From: the human T2T-CHM13v2.0 reference genome, Homo sapiens
Direction: 5' to 3' (one strand)
Assembly (NCBI RefSeq): GCF_009914755.1
Contig: NC_060940.1
DNA: 64,000 nt
A program made the translations under genes and the position numbers. Of the stretch, positions 1 to 40,100 are shown piece by piece; the stretch's first letter is position 1, and each line of letters begins with the position of its first letter. The notes under the pieces are model-generated. The model worked only from the letters and a program-made list of their open reading frames with translations. It searched no databases and was not told where the DNA came from.

Positions 1-1505
1 AGGTGTATTTTACCAAGCCCCTTCTTAGCCTTCCCATGATGGCAGTGGGATTCTCATCTAATCCCTGGATATCCACCACGGATAGCTTGGTGTAATTGAG
101 AGGCTTAGTCCTAGTCCTTCATAAGCTCTCCAGTATCCACATCTGAAAATGTTTCCTCTTCCACTCTCCTATTTCATCATTGGGGTCCCATTTAGAGTCC
201 TCCAATGATATTGCTATTCTTCCAATCAGATAAGACTCATTCCCTTCCCTGGCCCAATATGAGATAGAAAGCTCATCCCCCAAATTGCCTGCTGCTTGCA
301 GGGTGGCCTGCTTTTCAACGGTAGTCAGGGTTTGATTTAAAAGTAATATGACATCCTTCCAGAAGAGTTCAAATACTTGGAAAGTCTCTATATACCTGTC
401 AGGGCCTTCTGAATACTTGTCAAGATCCCTTTTAATTTGCCCTAAGTCCTGAAAAGAAAAGGGGACCTGGAACTTAATGGGGCCATATTCACCAGGCATG
501 TGTTATGGGGACAGTTGAGATTGGATCTTGCCTAAAACCAAAATTTCTAGGCTAAGTCAAGCTTGAGAGACAACCCAGATAGGGAGGAGCAAAGGGAATT
601 GATTCCCCTGCGGGAGGTACCTCTGAGGTTTGCTTTCCTAGTTCCCTGGGATTGACCCTTCCAGCCTCTCCCAAGGTGGCCACTAGGAGAGTTGAATCAA
701 TACTACAATGTTGGCCTAGGTCCAGATTACCCTGCAAAGCAAAGAAGGCCTGCATATATGGGACCTCAGAACATTTGTCCCTGTGTTTAAAGAAAAGGAC
801 CAGCTGTAGGATGGTATTGAAATTAATGCTTCCCTCGTGAGGCCATTCTTCTTTTCTGTGCCTCGGGTGCTTGGCACTAAGTTGGCAATGAAGGAAATGA
901 CAAGAACATTTCTGCCACAAATTTACCTACAGATACTAAGGCACATTTTGTTTCATCTGTGCTAATCTTAGCCTTCAATTTTATACGTTTGACCACTAAG
1001 CCAAATGCTCATTCTACCCAGTAATATTATCTCTGTGGTTTGCAACATGCTTAACATTTAACATTGTACATAAAGAAGAGATATGAACTATGACAATCAT
1101 GACAGAAAAAACAATAGAAAAGACTGGACACCTTAACAGGTGGTCAGGGACCAGGTCCATGGGCCTTTGGATAACACAGGTGTAGCCTCGGCCAGATACC
1201 CTCAGTTGACCCAGGACCTCCTTCCGGTCCCACCTGAGGGCTAGACCGCCATGAAGGGAAACTGGATTGGAACAAAGCCAACATTCCCAACATCTGAGGA
1301 TGATGGGGGATTGACAGCATCCTCCCCAGCAAGCCTGTCCTCCGTGTTGTAAGTCTGGCAGCCACACTAGGCACTTTTAACTGACTGAGACCCAGTATTT
1401 TTCTTTCATCTTCATTATTGTGGCATTTAGGGACTCCAAGAAAGGATGGAAAGAACAGATCCATTTTTACTCACCCTTCTGCGGATTCCAGACAAGCCCC
1501 CAAAA
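1..1505 (-). mobile_element. ERV1-class (MER52-type) internal region with degenerate gag
   Basis: Minus-strand ORF fragments 552-920 (WPHEGSINFNTILQL...EVPYMQAFFAL) and 119-499 (QVPFSFQDLGQIKRDL...WKDVILLLNQTLT...WDPND) resemble class I ERV gag matrix/capsid. Stops and frameshifts break them. Confidence 0.8.
1485..1502 (-). other. Retroviral primer-binding site, tRNA-Pro-like
   Basis: Minus strand reads TGGGGGCTTGTCTGGAAT versus canonical Pro PBS TGGGGGCTCGTCCGGGAT (3 mismatches), just after the LTR end ...TGTAACA. Confidence 0.75.
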
Positions 1506-2920
1506 TGTTACAAGATCTTGGGGGTGTTGCTATTCTGGCAGGAATCTTTTGTGCCCCTGCTGCAGCAGGGCGGACAGCTCCAGGTGCTGGCATGGGCGCC
1601 AGGCTCAAATGGGCACCTTGGCTAGCACCAAGGGGCACCTGCAGACCAGTGGCAAGCTGCCCTCAGCCCTAGTCTCGGCCTTCCCCCCACCAAGTTCGTT
1701 GGGGCCCAAAGGCCACAGGGTGCTGAGGTGGTAGGGGACTGGAGTGTCAGTGCTGCCCCAAGCGTGCGAAAACAGTGCCCAGGCTCAGCCCCAACTTTGT
1801 GGGCACTGGGATGGGGAGAGGCCAGGCAACGAGGGCAGACACCCCCAAGCCTGTGGAGGAAGGGAGATCTTCCCAGGCCCCCGAGGGTGCGGAGTGAAGA
1901 GACTTCTGGCTCAGAAGCCCCGGCAGGTCAGCTGCAGTTGCACGAGATGGGGAGGTGGCTCCCACCCCACCAACTCAGAAGGGACAGGGCTCCTGCTTGT
2001 CCCTGGCTTCCACCAGCTCTGTGGATCGTCTAGCCTGGGTCGCGCCTCCTCGCAGCCTGGGCCGGGGCTCCAGGTTCTTGCTGGGCCTGGGCTGGTGTCC
2101 AGGGCAGGGGTAATGTCGCCGTGAGCCCCTCCAGTGGCCCCAGTGCTCAGGGATTGCCCGTGGTTCCCCCTTAAGCGGCCCTGCCTGCGGGGACGCCTCT
2201 GGGAGTGGATCGCTGGTTCCCAGGCCTGGCCGTTGGGAGTGTCAGGCTTGGCGGTCCCCCTGATGCACAGTTGACCCCAGGGACACTGCCCCTGGTGGCC
2301 CCACTTACAGCCTCCTCCCTAGGTTCAGGAACCTAGGGCCCTCGGTGGGGTGGGCCGGGCAGCCGCACTGCTGGCTGAGTCCCCGAAGCCGGCACCACTC
2401 CCATTTCCTGCCCTGGGCCCCTGAACCACGACCCCAGCCCTAGGCCCCTGGCCCAGCGCCCAGGCCCCATGTGCAAGCGTGGCACCGCCCCGGTCGCAGC
2501 TCCACCTTGGGGCCCCTCTCTGCCCGAGTTCTCTGCTCCCCCTCCAACTCGACTCGGACCCATTGCAGCAGCCCCCAGGGCGACGGGCTCTGGGGAGCTC
2601 CAAAGGGTCCGCTCGGGGACTGTCTGCCTCCTCCGCACAGCCTCCCTGCAGTGGCAAAAGGCGAGAAAGGCGACACGGGGCCAGGGTCCGGAGCTGTGTA
2701 GGCTCCAGGCCTAGGGTGGGTCTTGCCCAGCCATGCAAGGGTGAGGGCAGTGCAGTCGGCTGCCTTGGGGACGCGGCACAGGAGACATGAGGTACAAGGG
2801 TCCCCCTGCTGCCACGGCTGCTCCCGCAGCTGCCCCTGCCACCACTGCTGGCACCTCCCCACTGCAGCCGGTGCAGTAGTAGCAGCAGCAACCGCCCCAG
2901 ACCGCCTGCCGCTGCCATCA
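1506..2920 (-). mobile_element. MER52-family 5' LTR (long, GC/CpG-rich)
   Basis: Minus strand starts TGATGGCAGCGGC and ends ...CCCCCAAGATCTTGTAACA, followed by PBS and gag. Size ~1.4 kb and GC richness are typical of MER52. Confidence 0.75.
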
Positions 2921-3090
2921 GTCACATGGTGAAGAGAGGATCATCTCTTTCTCTCTCTCCTTCTTATAAAGCCACAATGCCATCATGAGGGACCTAGCCT
3001 CATGACCTCATTCTATCCCACCTTCCAAAGGTCCCATCCCCAAATTTCATCACACTGGAGGTCAGGGCTTCAACATATGAATTTGAGGGA
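2921..3090 (-). mobile_element. MLT1 (MaLR) LTR fragment, apparent host of the MER52 insertion
   Basis: Motifs cttataaagccac...catgacctca...caacatatgaattt are typical of MLT1 LTRs. Confidence 0.55.
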
Positions 3091-5731
3091 AAGGCACTGC
3101 CTTAGGCCATCAAGTCACCACAGGTTTCAAGTCCTCCCAGCAGGGGCCCTAGACCTTGGAGCAGGATGAAACCATTTCCACTATTCCCCTTCCATATTCT
3201 TTACCCACAGAATTTGTGAACATAAAGAAGTGGTTATTTTAAACTGCCATATTTTAGTGTAACTTGTTGTACAGCACTGTGTGATCAGAATAGGTGGATA
3301 TATGTGTGTATGTAGGTGTGGATGAGTCTATGTTTTCAGAGCGACTCAAAAGATATTGTTTGGAAGTAAAGACCAGAAAATGAGCAGAAAGGATAAAGTG
3401 GTCTAGCTTTGCCTCATCCTGAGAAAGGCGAGTTGGTGATTTCATAGTAGTCATAGCAAACCAGTCTTTGTGAAAGATACAGGTTGAATATTACGATTGC
3501 TTTGTCAAAGTCATAGGCAGAAGGAGATTAAAGTTGGGGGTGAGGAGGGAAGGGAGGCAGATTTTATACTGTGGGTAGGGTATAGCTTTCCTTTAAAAGT
3601 GATGTGTTTCCATCATCAATCATCCCTGAGCCTGGAGAAGTTAATGAACTCATGGATTGGGTGGTGAGTAAGGAGATGTGATCAAAAATATATTCTCAGT
3701 ACAGATAAAAATAGCAGGCCATAGGTTAAAAGGAAAGACAGCCAGAGTTAGCAGGAAACCTCCTTCAAGGGGCATGGCACGCAGATAATTAGTATCTAGG
3801 AAATCAGATTCTAATCACTCTACGAATTAAATCCTCTCAGTGCCTTTCACAGTGAGAGAGAGCCTGACTAGACAGATATTTTCTCCAGCAACTGGGGTCT
3901 CATTAGACAGGGTCCTGGGAACAGTCAGCTGAAGTCTCAGCCTTTATCAAGATTTCAATGAGACTGAATGGGCAGAAGGTCTATATATGGAGAGAAAGGC
4001 TTTTAGCAAGAAGGAGGAAAGAGGCATTGAGGAATGTTGGAAGGTAGGCTCAATCTTTGCAAAAACTTGCTAGTTTGTGTCTAAATGGGTAGTCAAATTA
4101 GGAGGTGTCTCATGCCACCCTTTGTCCCTTTTCTCTGAAAGTTTTTCCCAGTCCAAAGAAATTGGGCCCCTGTAGCCATATTTGTACTCTGTGATAATCA
4201 GAGTACATGTGGGCAACTCACATGAGCTGGATCAATCAGATTCATTCTCTCTGGAATTTAGGTAGTGGCACTGAAGCTGGAGGGTGATGAAGCCAGAGGG
4301 TGGGAGAAGCCACTTTATGACATTAGTCTCAATACTTACAAGGAAAAAAAAGGATACACATAGTTGAAGGGGAAAAAGAGATAGATACATTGTAATCTGT
4401 TCCCACAGAGCTGGATAGAGTGGCTTCCTGGGCTCCTGATGGTTTTTTGTTTGTTTGTTTTTGCTTTTTTTTTTTTTTTTTTTTTTGGTTTTCTAACAAG
4501 TAGCTGGTTATGCCCTTATGAGAGCTGGTTGATTGCCATATTCCTCAATCCTGTGAAATTATCCACGGGTCCTTGAAATAGAATACTTTTTGCTAGTCTG
4601 AATAGGTTTATACATCTTGCAACTTAATGAAGCTTATTTAAGACAACATTTATGACAGACGATGGGCCAGGATTTACTCCCAAATCTCACTTGCTTACTT
4701 AAAAGTTTCCATTCTTACTAACGACACCTTTATGTGATCCTCACATGATATGCTCACCAATGTATAATCCTAATAAATACTAGGAGCCTATGTAGTCTAG
4801 TCTTTGCATAATTTGGCAGTAGTAGAAACTAGAGTTCAAATCCTCAAAACTCAATAATGTTTGCTTAAACAGAAACCAGTGAAGTTTATTTAGACAAAAT
4901 GGTAATGGTTTGGGGGTTCACACTGATTTTAATTGGAAATCTTCCTTTAAAAATTGGTTAGTTTCCCTCTATATCCAAAGTTTCTCAGTTATGGCATACT
5001 CTAAAATGTCTCCAACTCATTGGCCCTACATATCTCTACCCATCATCATTTTCCACTGCTGCTGTCTTCCACTCCACCTCCAAAACAGAAGTCACCTCAT
5101 GAAGCCACATCAGGTGTTTCTAAGGCAGCACCAAGATCTCCCAGCTGGGTATACCCCTTTCTTCCTTGCTGTCCACAGAGGCATCTATAAAGTATAATTC
5201 TTTTTCACATCTCTTAAGGTTGGGAGATTGAGGGGCTATTGACACTGGGAAAATGGGGATGAAATGTGAGGCCTTATCAGCAGATCATCATGCAGTATGA
5301 AGAGTGATGGTGAGACCTCTTGCTGCCTATGCAAGCATGCAGTGGACAGAGAAAACTAAACATGAATCCAAGTGTCAGAATGAGCAATCCGCCTCATTTT
5401 AAATTCTTGGAAGCTTTCAGTTAAATAAGACTCCCTCAAACACTGATAAATTCAGATTGAGAAAAACAAAGTTTTGTATTTGATTAGCAGATTGCATTTC
5501 TCTGCTATGGGCAACAAATATCTGCTGTATTTCAGTGAACTATAGGGGGAGCATATTACAGTATATCTGCCTTCCAGTGTATATTTTGTAAGACGACTGT
5601 GTGATGGTTAACTTTATGTGTCAAGTTGACTGGGCCACGGGGATCTCAGACTTTTGGCCAAACATTATTCTCGGTATGTCTGTATTTCTGGATGAGATTA
5701 ATATTTGAATCAGATTGTATAAAGAATATTG

Positions 5732-6049
5732 TAGGGACATGGATGAAATTGGAAATCATCATTCTCAGTAAACTATCGCAAGAATAAAAAACCAAACACC
5801 ACATATTCTCACTCATAGGTGGGAATTGAACAATGAGGACACATGGACACAGGAAGGGGAACATCACACTCTGGGGACTGTTGTGGGGTGGGGGGAGGGG
5901 GGAGGGATAGAATTAGGAGATATGCCTAATGCTAAATGACGAGTTAACGGGTGCAGCACACCAGCATGGCACATGTATACATATGTAACTAACCTGCACA
6001 TTGTGCACATGTACCCTAAAACTTAAAGTATAATAATAATAATTAAAAA
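5732..6049 (+). mobile_element. 5'-truncated young L1PA (L1PA2/3-like) 3' UTR with polyA and TSD
   Basis: Canonical L1 3' UTR including the G-rich tract and ...aaaacttaaagtataataa + A tail. TSD aaagaatattg at 5721-5731 and 6050-6060. Confidence 0.9.
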
Positions 6050-6346
6050 AAAGAATATTGCCCTCCCTAATGTGGGGGTGGGGTGCTCATCCAAGCAATT
6101 AGAGACCTAGATAGAACAGAAAGGCTGAGTAAAAGGGAAGTCCTCTTGCCTGACTTCTTGAGCTGGAACATTGGTCTTCTGCTGCCCTCAGACCAGGACT
6201 TACACCATTGGTTTTTCTGGTTCTCAGGTCTTCAGACTAAGACTGGATATACACATTGGCTTTCCTGGGTCTTCAGCTTCCAAGCTGTAGATCTTGGGAA
6301 TTCTCAAACTACATAATTGTTTGAGCCAGTCTCTCTCTCTCTCATT

Positions 6347-6348
<2 letters not shown>

Positions 6349-6391
<43 letters not shown>
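6349..6391. repeat. (TG)n microsatellite
   Basis: About 21 uninterrupted TG units. Confidence 0.95.
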
Positions 6392-6394
<3 letters not shown>

Positions 6395-7529
6395 AGAGGA
6401 TTCTTGACTTACAATGGTTCAACTTACAATTTTGTTGATATTATGATACATTTATTGGGATGTAACCCCATCCTATGTTGTGGAGTACATATATGTATAT
6501 ATTGGTTCTATTTCTCTGGAGGACCCTAACAAGTACAGACTGAGAGAGCGGCTTTGTCAAGGTCCAGAAGCCAAGAAAAGCAAATTGATGGAGTGAGTAT
6601 AGAAATTGAAAGCATAGGTGTTGCATGCAGCTCGGCCTGTGTTAGAACCCGGCTCTGTCATTTAATCTCTCTGAGTCTTAATTTACTCCTTTGTAAAATG
6701 GAAAAAATAATAGTGCCTGAACCAAAGGGTAATGTTAGGATAGTGCCTGACTCTTGGCAAGTGCTTGATGAATGATCAATATTATTATTACTATTGTTGT
6801 TATTATTACTAAGTCTTCCTAAGAAGAGTCATGGGCTCTCAGAGAACCTTTGCTTTCTTCTCCTACTTACTTGAAATTGCTAGGAACATTCATCCTCCAT
6901 CTCTGGGTTGTAGGTGAAGTCCTCATAGTGCTCACCTCTCTCCATCTCCTGGACCATAGATCTGGTGTCCCAGAAGCCCCAGGAATTGAGGTGCTGGTTG
7001 TTCTTTCAACAAAACCACCTCCCCAATCTCTCTCCATGGATTCCCCAACTCACAAGCTGTTGCAAACATACACTTACCTCATCCCTGTCTTTTTTTGTTT
7101 TTCCTAAAGACTATTGTCAGGATCTTGGTTTTAAAATTATTTTAATATTTGATTCTAGGAAGAGTAGATAACACCAAAAACATGAGGTATGGGTAGCTGA
7201 TAACTTTGGCAGTGCTTACTTTGTTCTCACAGCTATGATCTAAGGTCTGTAGATGCCACACACAGGTGAAACAATGTGGTATTTATAATGTGTCTGGGTC
7301 AGTGCCTGGCACATGGCAAATGCTTAATAAATGGTGGTTCCCCTCTGACCCTGACAGTTTCAAGGTTTGGAGTGACTTGCGGATGATTCTAATGTCCCAG
7401 CCCCACACACAAGTCTTCCTGTATGGAGGTCTTCTCCTAGGGTAAAAGAAAGTACCACTTCTTTTCCTTTCATTTCCTTCTCAAGCTCCAGTTTTATGCT
7501 TGACTTTGTCTATCTGTGGGAATATTTAT

Positions 7530-7960
7530 AGGTTTTCCTCTTTACTTCCCTCTCTTCCTTTCTTCCTGTCTTCCATGACTTTTCTTTATCAGTTTCTTTT
7601 ACTATTTTTATTTTTACAATTTTTTTCTCTCCCTTTCTCCCTCTCTTTCTCCCTCTCTTTCTTTCTTGTGTTCTTTTGCTCTTTCTTCTTTCTCTTTCTC
7701 TCTTTATTTCTTTCCTTTCTTCTCTTTATTTTTCTGATTCTCCCTTCAATTATTTTTCTTCTATCTTTTCTCCCCCTTTCATCTCCTCTTTCCTTTCTTC
7801 CTCCTTCCCTTGCTTCCTCTCACCTTCCCTCCCTACTTTATTTCTTTTTCAATTGCTTTCTCTTGCAGTTTTTAATATTTCCCTGACTTACTTTTCTTTC
7901 CTCTTTTTCTGTTACCCTCTCCTTTTCACTCTCTCTCATTCCTTCCCTTTCTTATTTCAA
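7530..7960. repeat. CT-rich low-complexity tract (GA-rich on the ACSM2B strand), within or next to the 3' UTR
   Basis: Nearly pure pyrimidine on +. TTTATT (AATAAA on minus) at 7607, 7703 and 7725. Confidence 0.85.
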
Positions 7961-8121
7961 TATCTAACATAGTAATGTTTTGTGCTAATAACCAGGGCAA
8001 GACAAAACTTACATTCATGTTCTTTCATAAAGAATCTCATATCATCATAGTAAGGCCAAGGGCCCAAAGGGAAAAGAAAGAGAAAGAAGAGGGGAATCCA
8101 AATGAATGTCTCCTAGACGCC

Positions 8122-35709
<27,588 letters not shown>

Positions 35710-36544
35710 GTTCAGGCCTGTAAAAGAAAGAAGAGACACAGGTAAGAGCTTCTTTAACAGATTGCTCTACTGATCATCAGCGGCTTCAGGAGATTCATCC
35801 CAACCTTATAGGATTCTTCCCAGGAATTAATTTGCTGTAGTTATGAGTAAATTGGCACTCTGCATCTGTTTCAGTCTCCTTGTGGGGTGCTGTTTTCTAA
35901 AGGCATAAGAGGATACAGACCCAGTCCTAGATCCTACATATTCAACACTTCTGACAGTTTTGTTAACACCCATTTCCATATAATAAATCCCCTTGTGCTT
36001 AAAATACAGTGGGTCATAGATGGGATAGTTGTTCCCAGCAATTCACTCCCTTTCCGTTCTAGGATTATAAATCCCCATTCATTTTTAAGTGACTACCCAG
36101 TGCATTTAGGAGGAAGAATATGTATCCACCTCTCATTGACTTTGGCTTGCTCAAGAGATATGCTTTGGTCAATGAGATGTGAGTGTCTGGGATTCTACGG
36201 TTCATCAGAAACTCTCACATTTCTCCCCTCTGCATGAGACTTGCATAACCCAGATCATGCTGTACCTTCAGACTGGGACCCAGAACATCAAGAAATGTGG
36301 AGTTGAGCTGAGCCTAGCATGGCCACTAGCAACACACAGACCCATAGGGGGAAAATATGCATGACTAAAAGCTACTAAGATGTATAGGGTGTTTGTTACT
36401 GTAGCAAATGTTAACTAATACAAGTAGCATCCTTTTCTTTAAATTGAATCTGGACTGATACATCCTAAATCGCAGGTCCTATCCATCTAGTGCACAGGAC
36501 CTAACACAATCACTTTAGAAATTACAGCTGTCATAATTGTTGTT

Positions 36545-37109
36545 TCTATATAAGTTCTTTATTGGTGATTTGTGACATTGTTGTGCACCCATCACTCGAG
36601 GAGTATACACTTAACACTTACAGTATACACTTAACAGTACACACTTAACCCACTTTGTACCCTTTTATTCCTCACCTCCTTCCCGTCATTTCCCCCAACT
36701 CCTCAAAGTTCATTGTGTCATACTCATGACTTTGCAACAATGTATAACTTAGCTCCCACTTATGGCTGAGAACATATGATGTTTGGTTTTCCATTCCTGA
36801 ATTACTTCACTTTGAGCGATGGTCTCCAATCCCATCCAGGTTGCTGCGAATGCCATTAAGTCATTGCTTTTTATGGCTGAGTAGTATTTCATTATATATA
36901 CATATATGCATACTATATATGATACTATAAATAATATATATACTATGTATGTATTATATAGTATATATCGAAAAAATATAAAAATTCTATTTTTATATAT
37001 ATTTTTGTTTATATAATATATATATATGTAATAAACGTCACACTCCTGTGCCTTTCTTCCTTCCAAGCTCATGCTCTCTCTCTCCCATACCATACTGCCT
37101 TCATGGAAG

Positions 37110-37151
<42 letters not shown>

Positions 37152-40100
37152 GATATATAGATATATAAATATATATCCATCAGCTTGGAATGAAGAAAGG
37201 CACAGGAGCATGGCTAAAAATATATATCTATATAAAATATATATACTACATTATATGTGGATATATTATATATCATATATGGGTATTATACATTTATATT
37301 GTATATAACATATTATATAATATATAATGTAATATTATATATTATATAATAATACATATACTATATCTATATATTATATTACAAATATGTTATATATACT
37401 ATATAACTATATACTATATATAGTATATAAGGAGATATGTTATCTATAAATATATAATATGTATATATCTACATATAGTATATATACTATATATAGTATA
37501 TATATACTATACTATATATATGTATATATAGTATATACATATAGTATATACTATATATAGTATATATAGTATATATAGTATATATATACTATATATACTA
37601 TATATAATATATACTATATATACTATATATAGTATATACTATATATACTATATATAGTATATACTATATATACTATATATAGTATATATAGTATATATAG
37701 TATATACTATATATAGTATATACTATATATACTATATATAGTATATATAGATATATAGATACAATATTTTGAAATATATAATATATAATTTTTATACATT
37801 TTTATATCTTTTATATATATACTATATATAGACACACTATATACTATAGTATATCTCTATATATAATATATGATACACATTATATATAATAGTATAGTTA
37901 TATATATCTGTACATACCATACTATTATATATCATATATATTATATATTATATATTATATACTGTTATATATTATATATATCTGTGTATACACCATATTG
38001 TTATATCTATAAATTCACTCAGAGTCAGAACAAGACATGAATGCTCACTCTTACCACTTAGATCTAGATATATATAATATCATAATATATATAATAGTAT
38101 AGTATATATAGATATAGATATAATATATAGTATAATAAGATTATATATTATATATAATACTATTATAACATATTATACTATTATATTATATATTATACTA
38201 TATACTATATATAATATATAGTGTAATATATAATATATAATATATAGTATAATATATAATATGTAGCATAATATATAATGTATAGTACAATATATAATAT
38301 GTAATATACAGTATAATATTATATATAAATATATTATATATTATATATTATATAATATATAGTATAATATTACATATACAATATATTATATAATATATAA
38401 TATAGTATATTAATATATAATATATAGTATATTATTATATAACATATAATAGTATAACAGTATATATAAATAATATATAAAATATATAAATAATATATAA
38501 ATTATATAAATAGTATATAATATATAAATATAAATTATATAAATTATATATAAAAATATATAAATAATAATATAAGATATATAATATATAATATATAGTA
38601 TATTATATCTATATCTATATATACTATGCTATTATATATATACTATACTATTATATATATCTAGACCTAAGTGGTGAGAGTAAGCATTCATGTCTTGTTC
38701 TGGTTCTCAGAGTGAATTTATATATATAATAGTATAGTGTATATACAGATATATATAATATATAATATATATGATATATAATAGTATGGTATGTATAGAT
38801 ATATAAAACTATACTATTATATAATATATTTTATATATTATATATAGATATATACTATACTATTATATAGTGTGGCTATATATAGTATATATTAAATATA
38901 TAAAAATATATAGAAATTTATATATTTGTACATATTTAAAAATATTTTATATATAAAATATTCACGTATTTTTACATATATTTATATTTTACATAATATG
39001 TATTGCTACACTCCTGTGCCTTTCTTCCTTCCAAGCTCATGGTGTCTCTCTCCCATACTATACTGCCTTCACAGAAGATGATATATATATACATATTATA
39101 TATATGTTATACGTTCATGAGCTTGGAAGGAGGAAAGGCACAGGAGTGTGGCAAAATATATTATATATATTATATAAAATATAAATATATGTAAAAAATG
39201 TATTTTATATGTTTTATATATACTATATATAGCCACACTATAGAACATATAGTATATATAGATATATATAAAATATATACATACTATTATATATTATATA
39301 CAATTATATAATGTATATAATATATCATATATCATATATATCACATATTATATATTTATATAAACTATACTACTATATATAAATATTTATATATTTATAA
39401 AAATATATAAATATTTTATAAATGAATACAAGTTTCTTTACTTGATGATTGACAGGCATTTGGGCTGGTTCCATATTCCTGTAATTGCAAATTGTGCTGC
39501 TATAAACATGCATGTGCAGTGACTTCTTTCGTATAATGACTTATTTTTCTCTTGGTAGATACCCAGTAGTGGGATTGCTGGATCAAATGGTAGTTCTACT
39601 TTTCGTTCTTTGATGAATTTCCAGTTTTCCACAGTGGCTGTACTAGCTTACATTCCCACCGGCAGTGTAGAAGTGTTCCCTTTTCACCACATCCACACCA
39701 ACATCTATAATTTTTTTTGTTTTTTTATAATGACCATTCTTGCAAGAGTAAGGTGGTATAGCATTGTGGTTTTGATTTGCATTTCCCTGATCATTAGTGA
39801 TGTTGAGCATTTTTTCATATGTATGCTGGATCTTCTTTTGAGAATTGTCTATTCGTATCCTTAGCCCACGTTTTTTATGGGATTTTTTGGGCTTTTTTTA
39901 CTTGCTAATTTGTTTGAGTTCCTTCTAGATTCTGAATATTAGTCCTTTGTCAGATGTATAGATTGTGAAGATTTTCTCTCACTCCATGGGTTGTCTGTTT
40001 ACTTTGCTGACTGTTCCTTTCGCCATACAAAAGCTCTTTAGTTTACTTAAGTCCCATCTATTTATCTTCATTTTTGTTGCATTTGCTTTTGGGTTCTTGG

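Larger units (their letters stand above)
5598..6535 (+). mobile_element. MLT2 (ERVL) LTR interrupted by an L1 and a (TG)n tract
   Basis: Starts tgtgtgatggttaactttatgtgtcaagttgactggg and ends ...tctctggaggaccctaac...aca. Confidence 0.7.

Noticed and set aside
1418-2932. Many overlapping 70-197 aa ORFs
   Set aside because: They arise from stop-poor GC-rich LTR sequence and contain no recognisable domain.
7500-7972. Hydrophobic F/L/S-rich ORFs resembling membrane proteins (also 63557-63904)
   Set aside because: They are translations of CT-rich low-complexity DNA.
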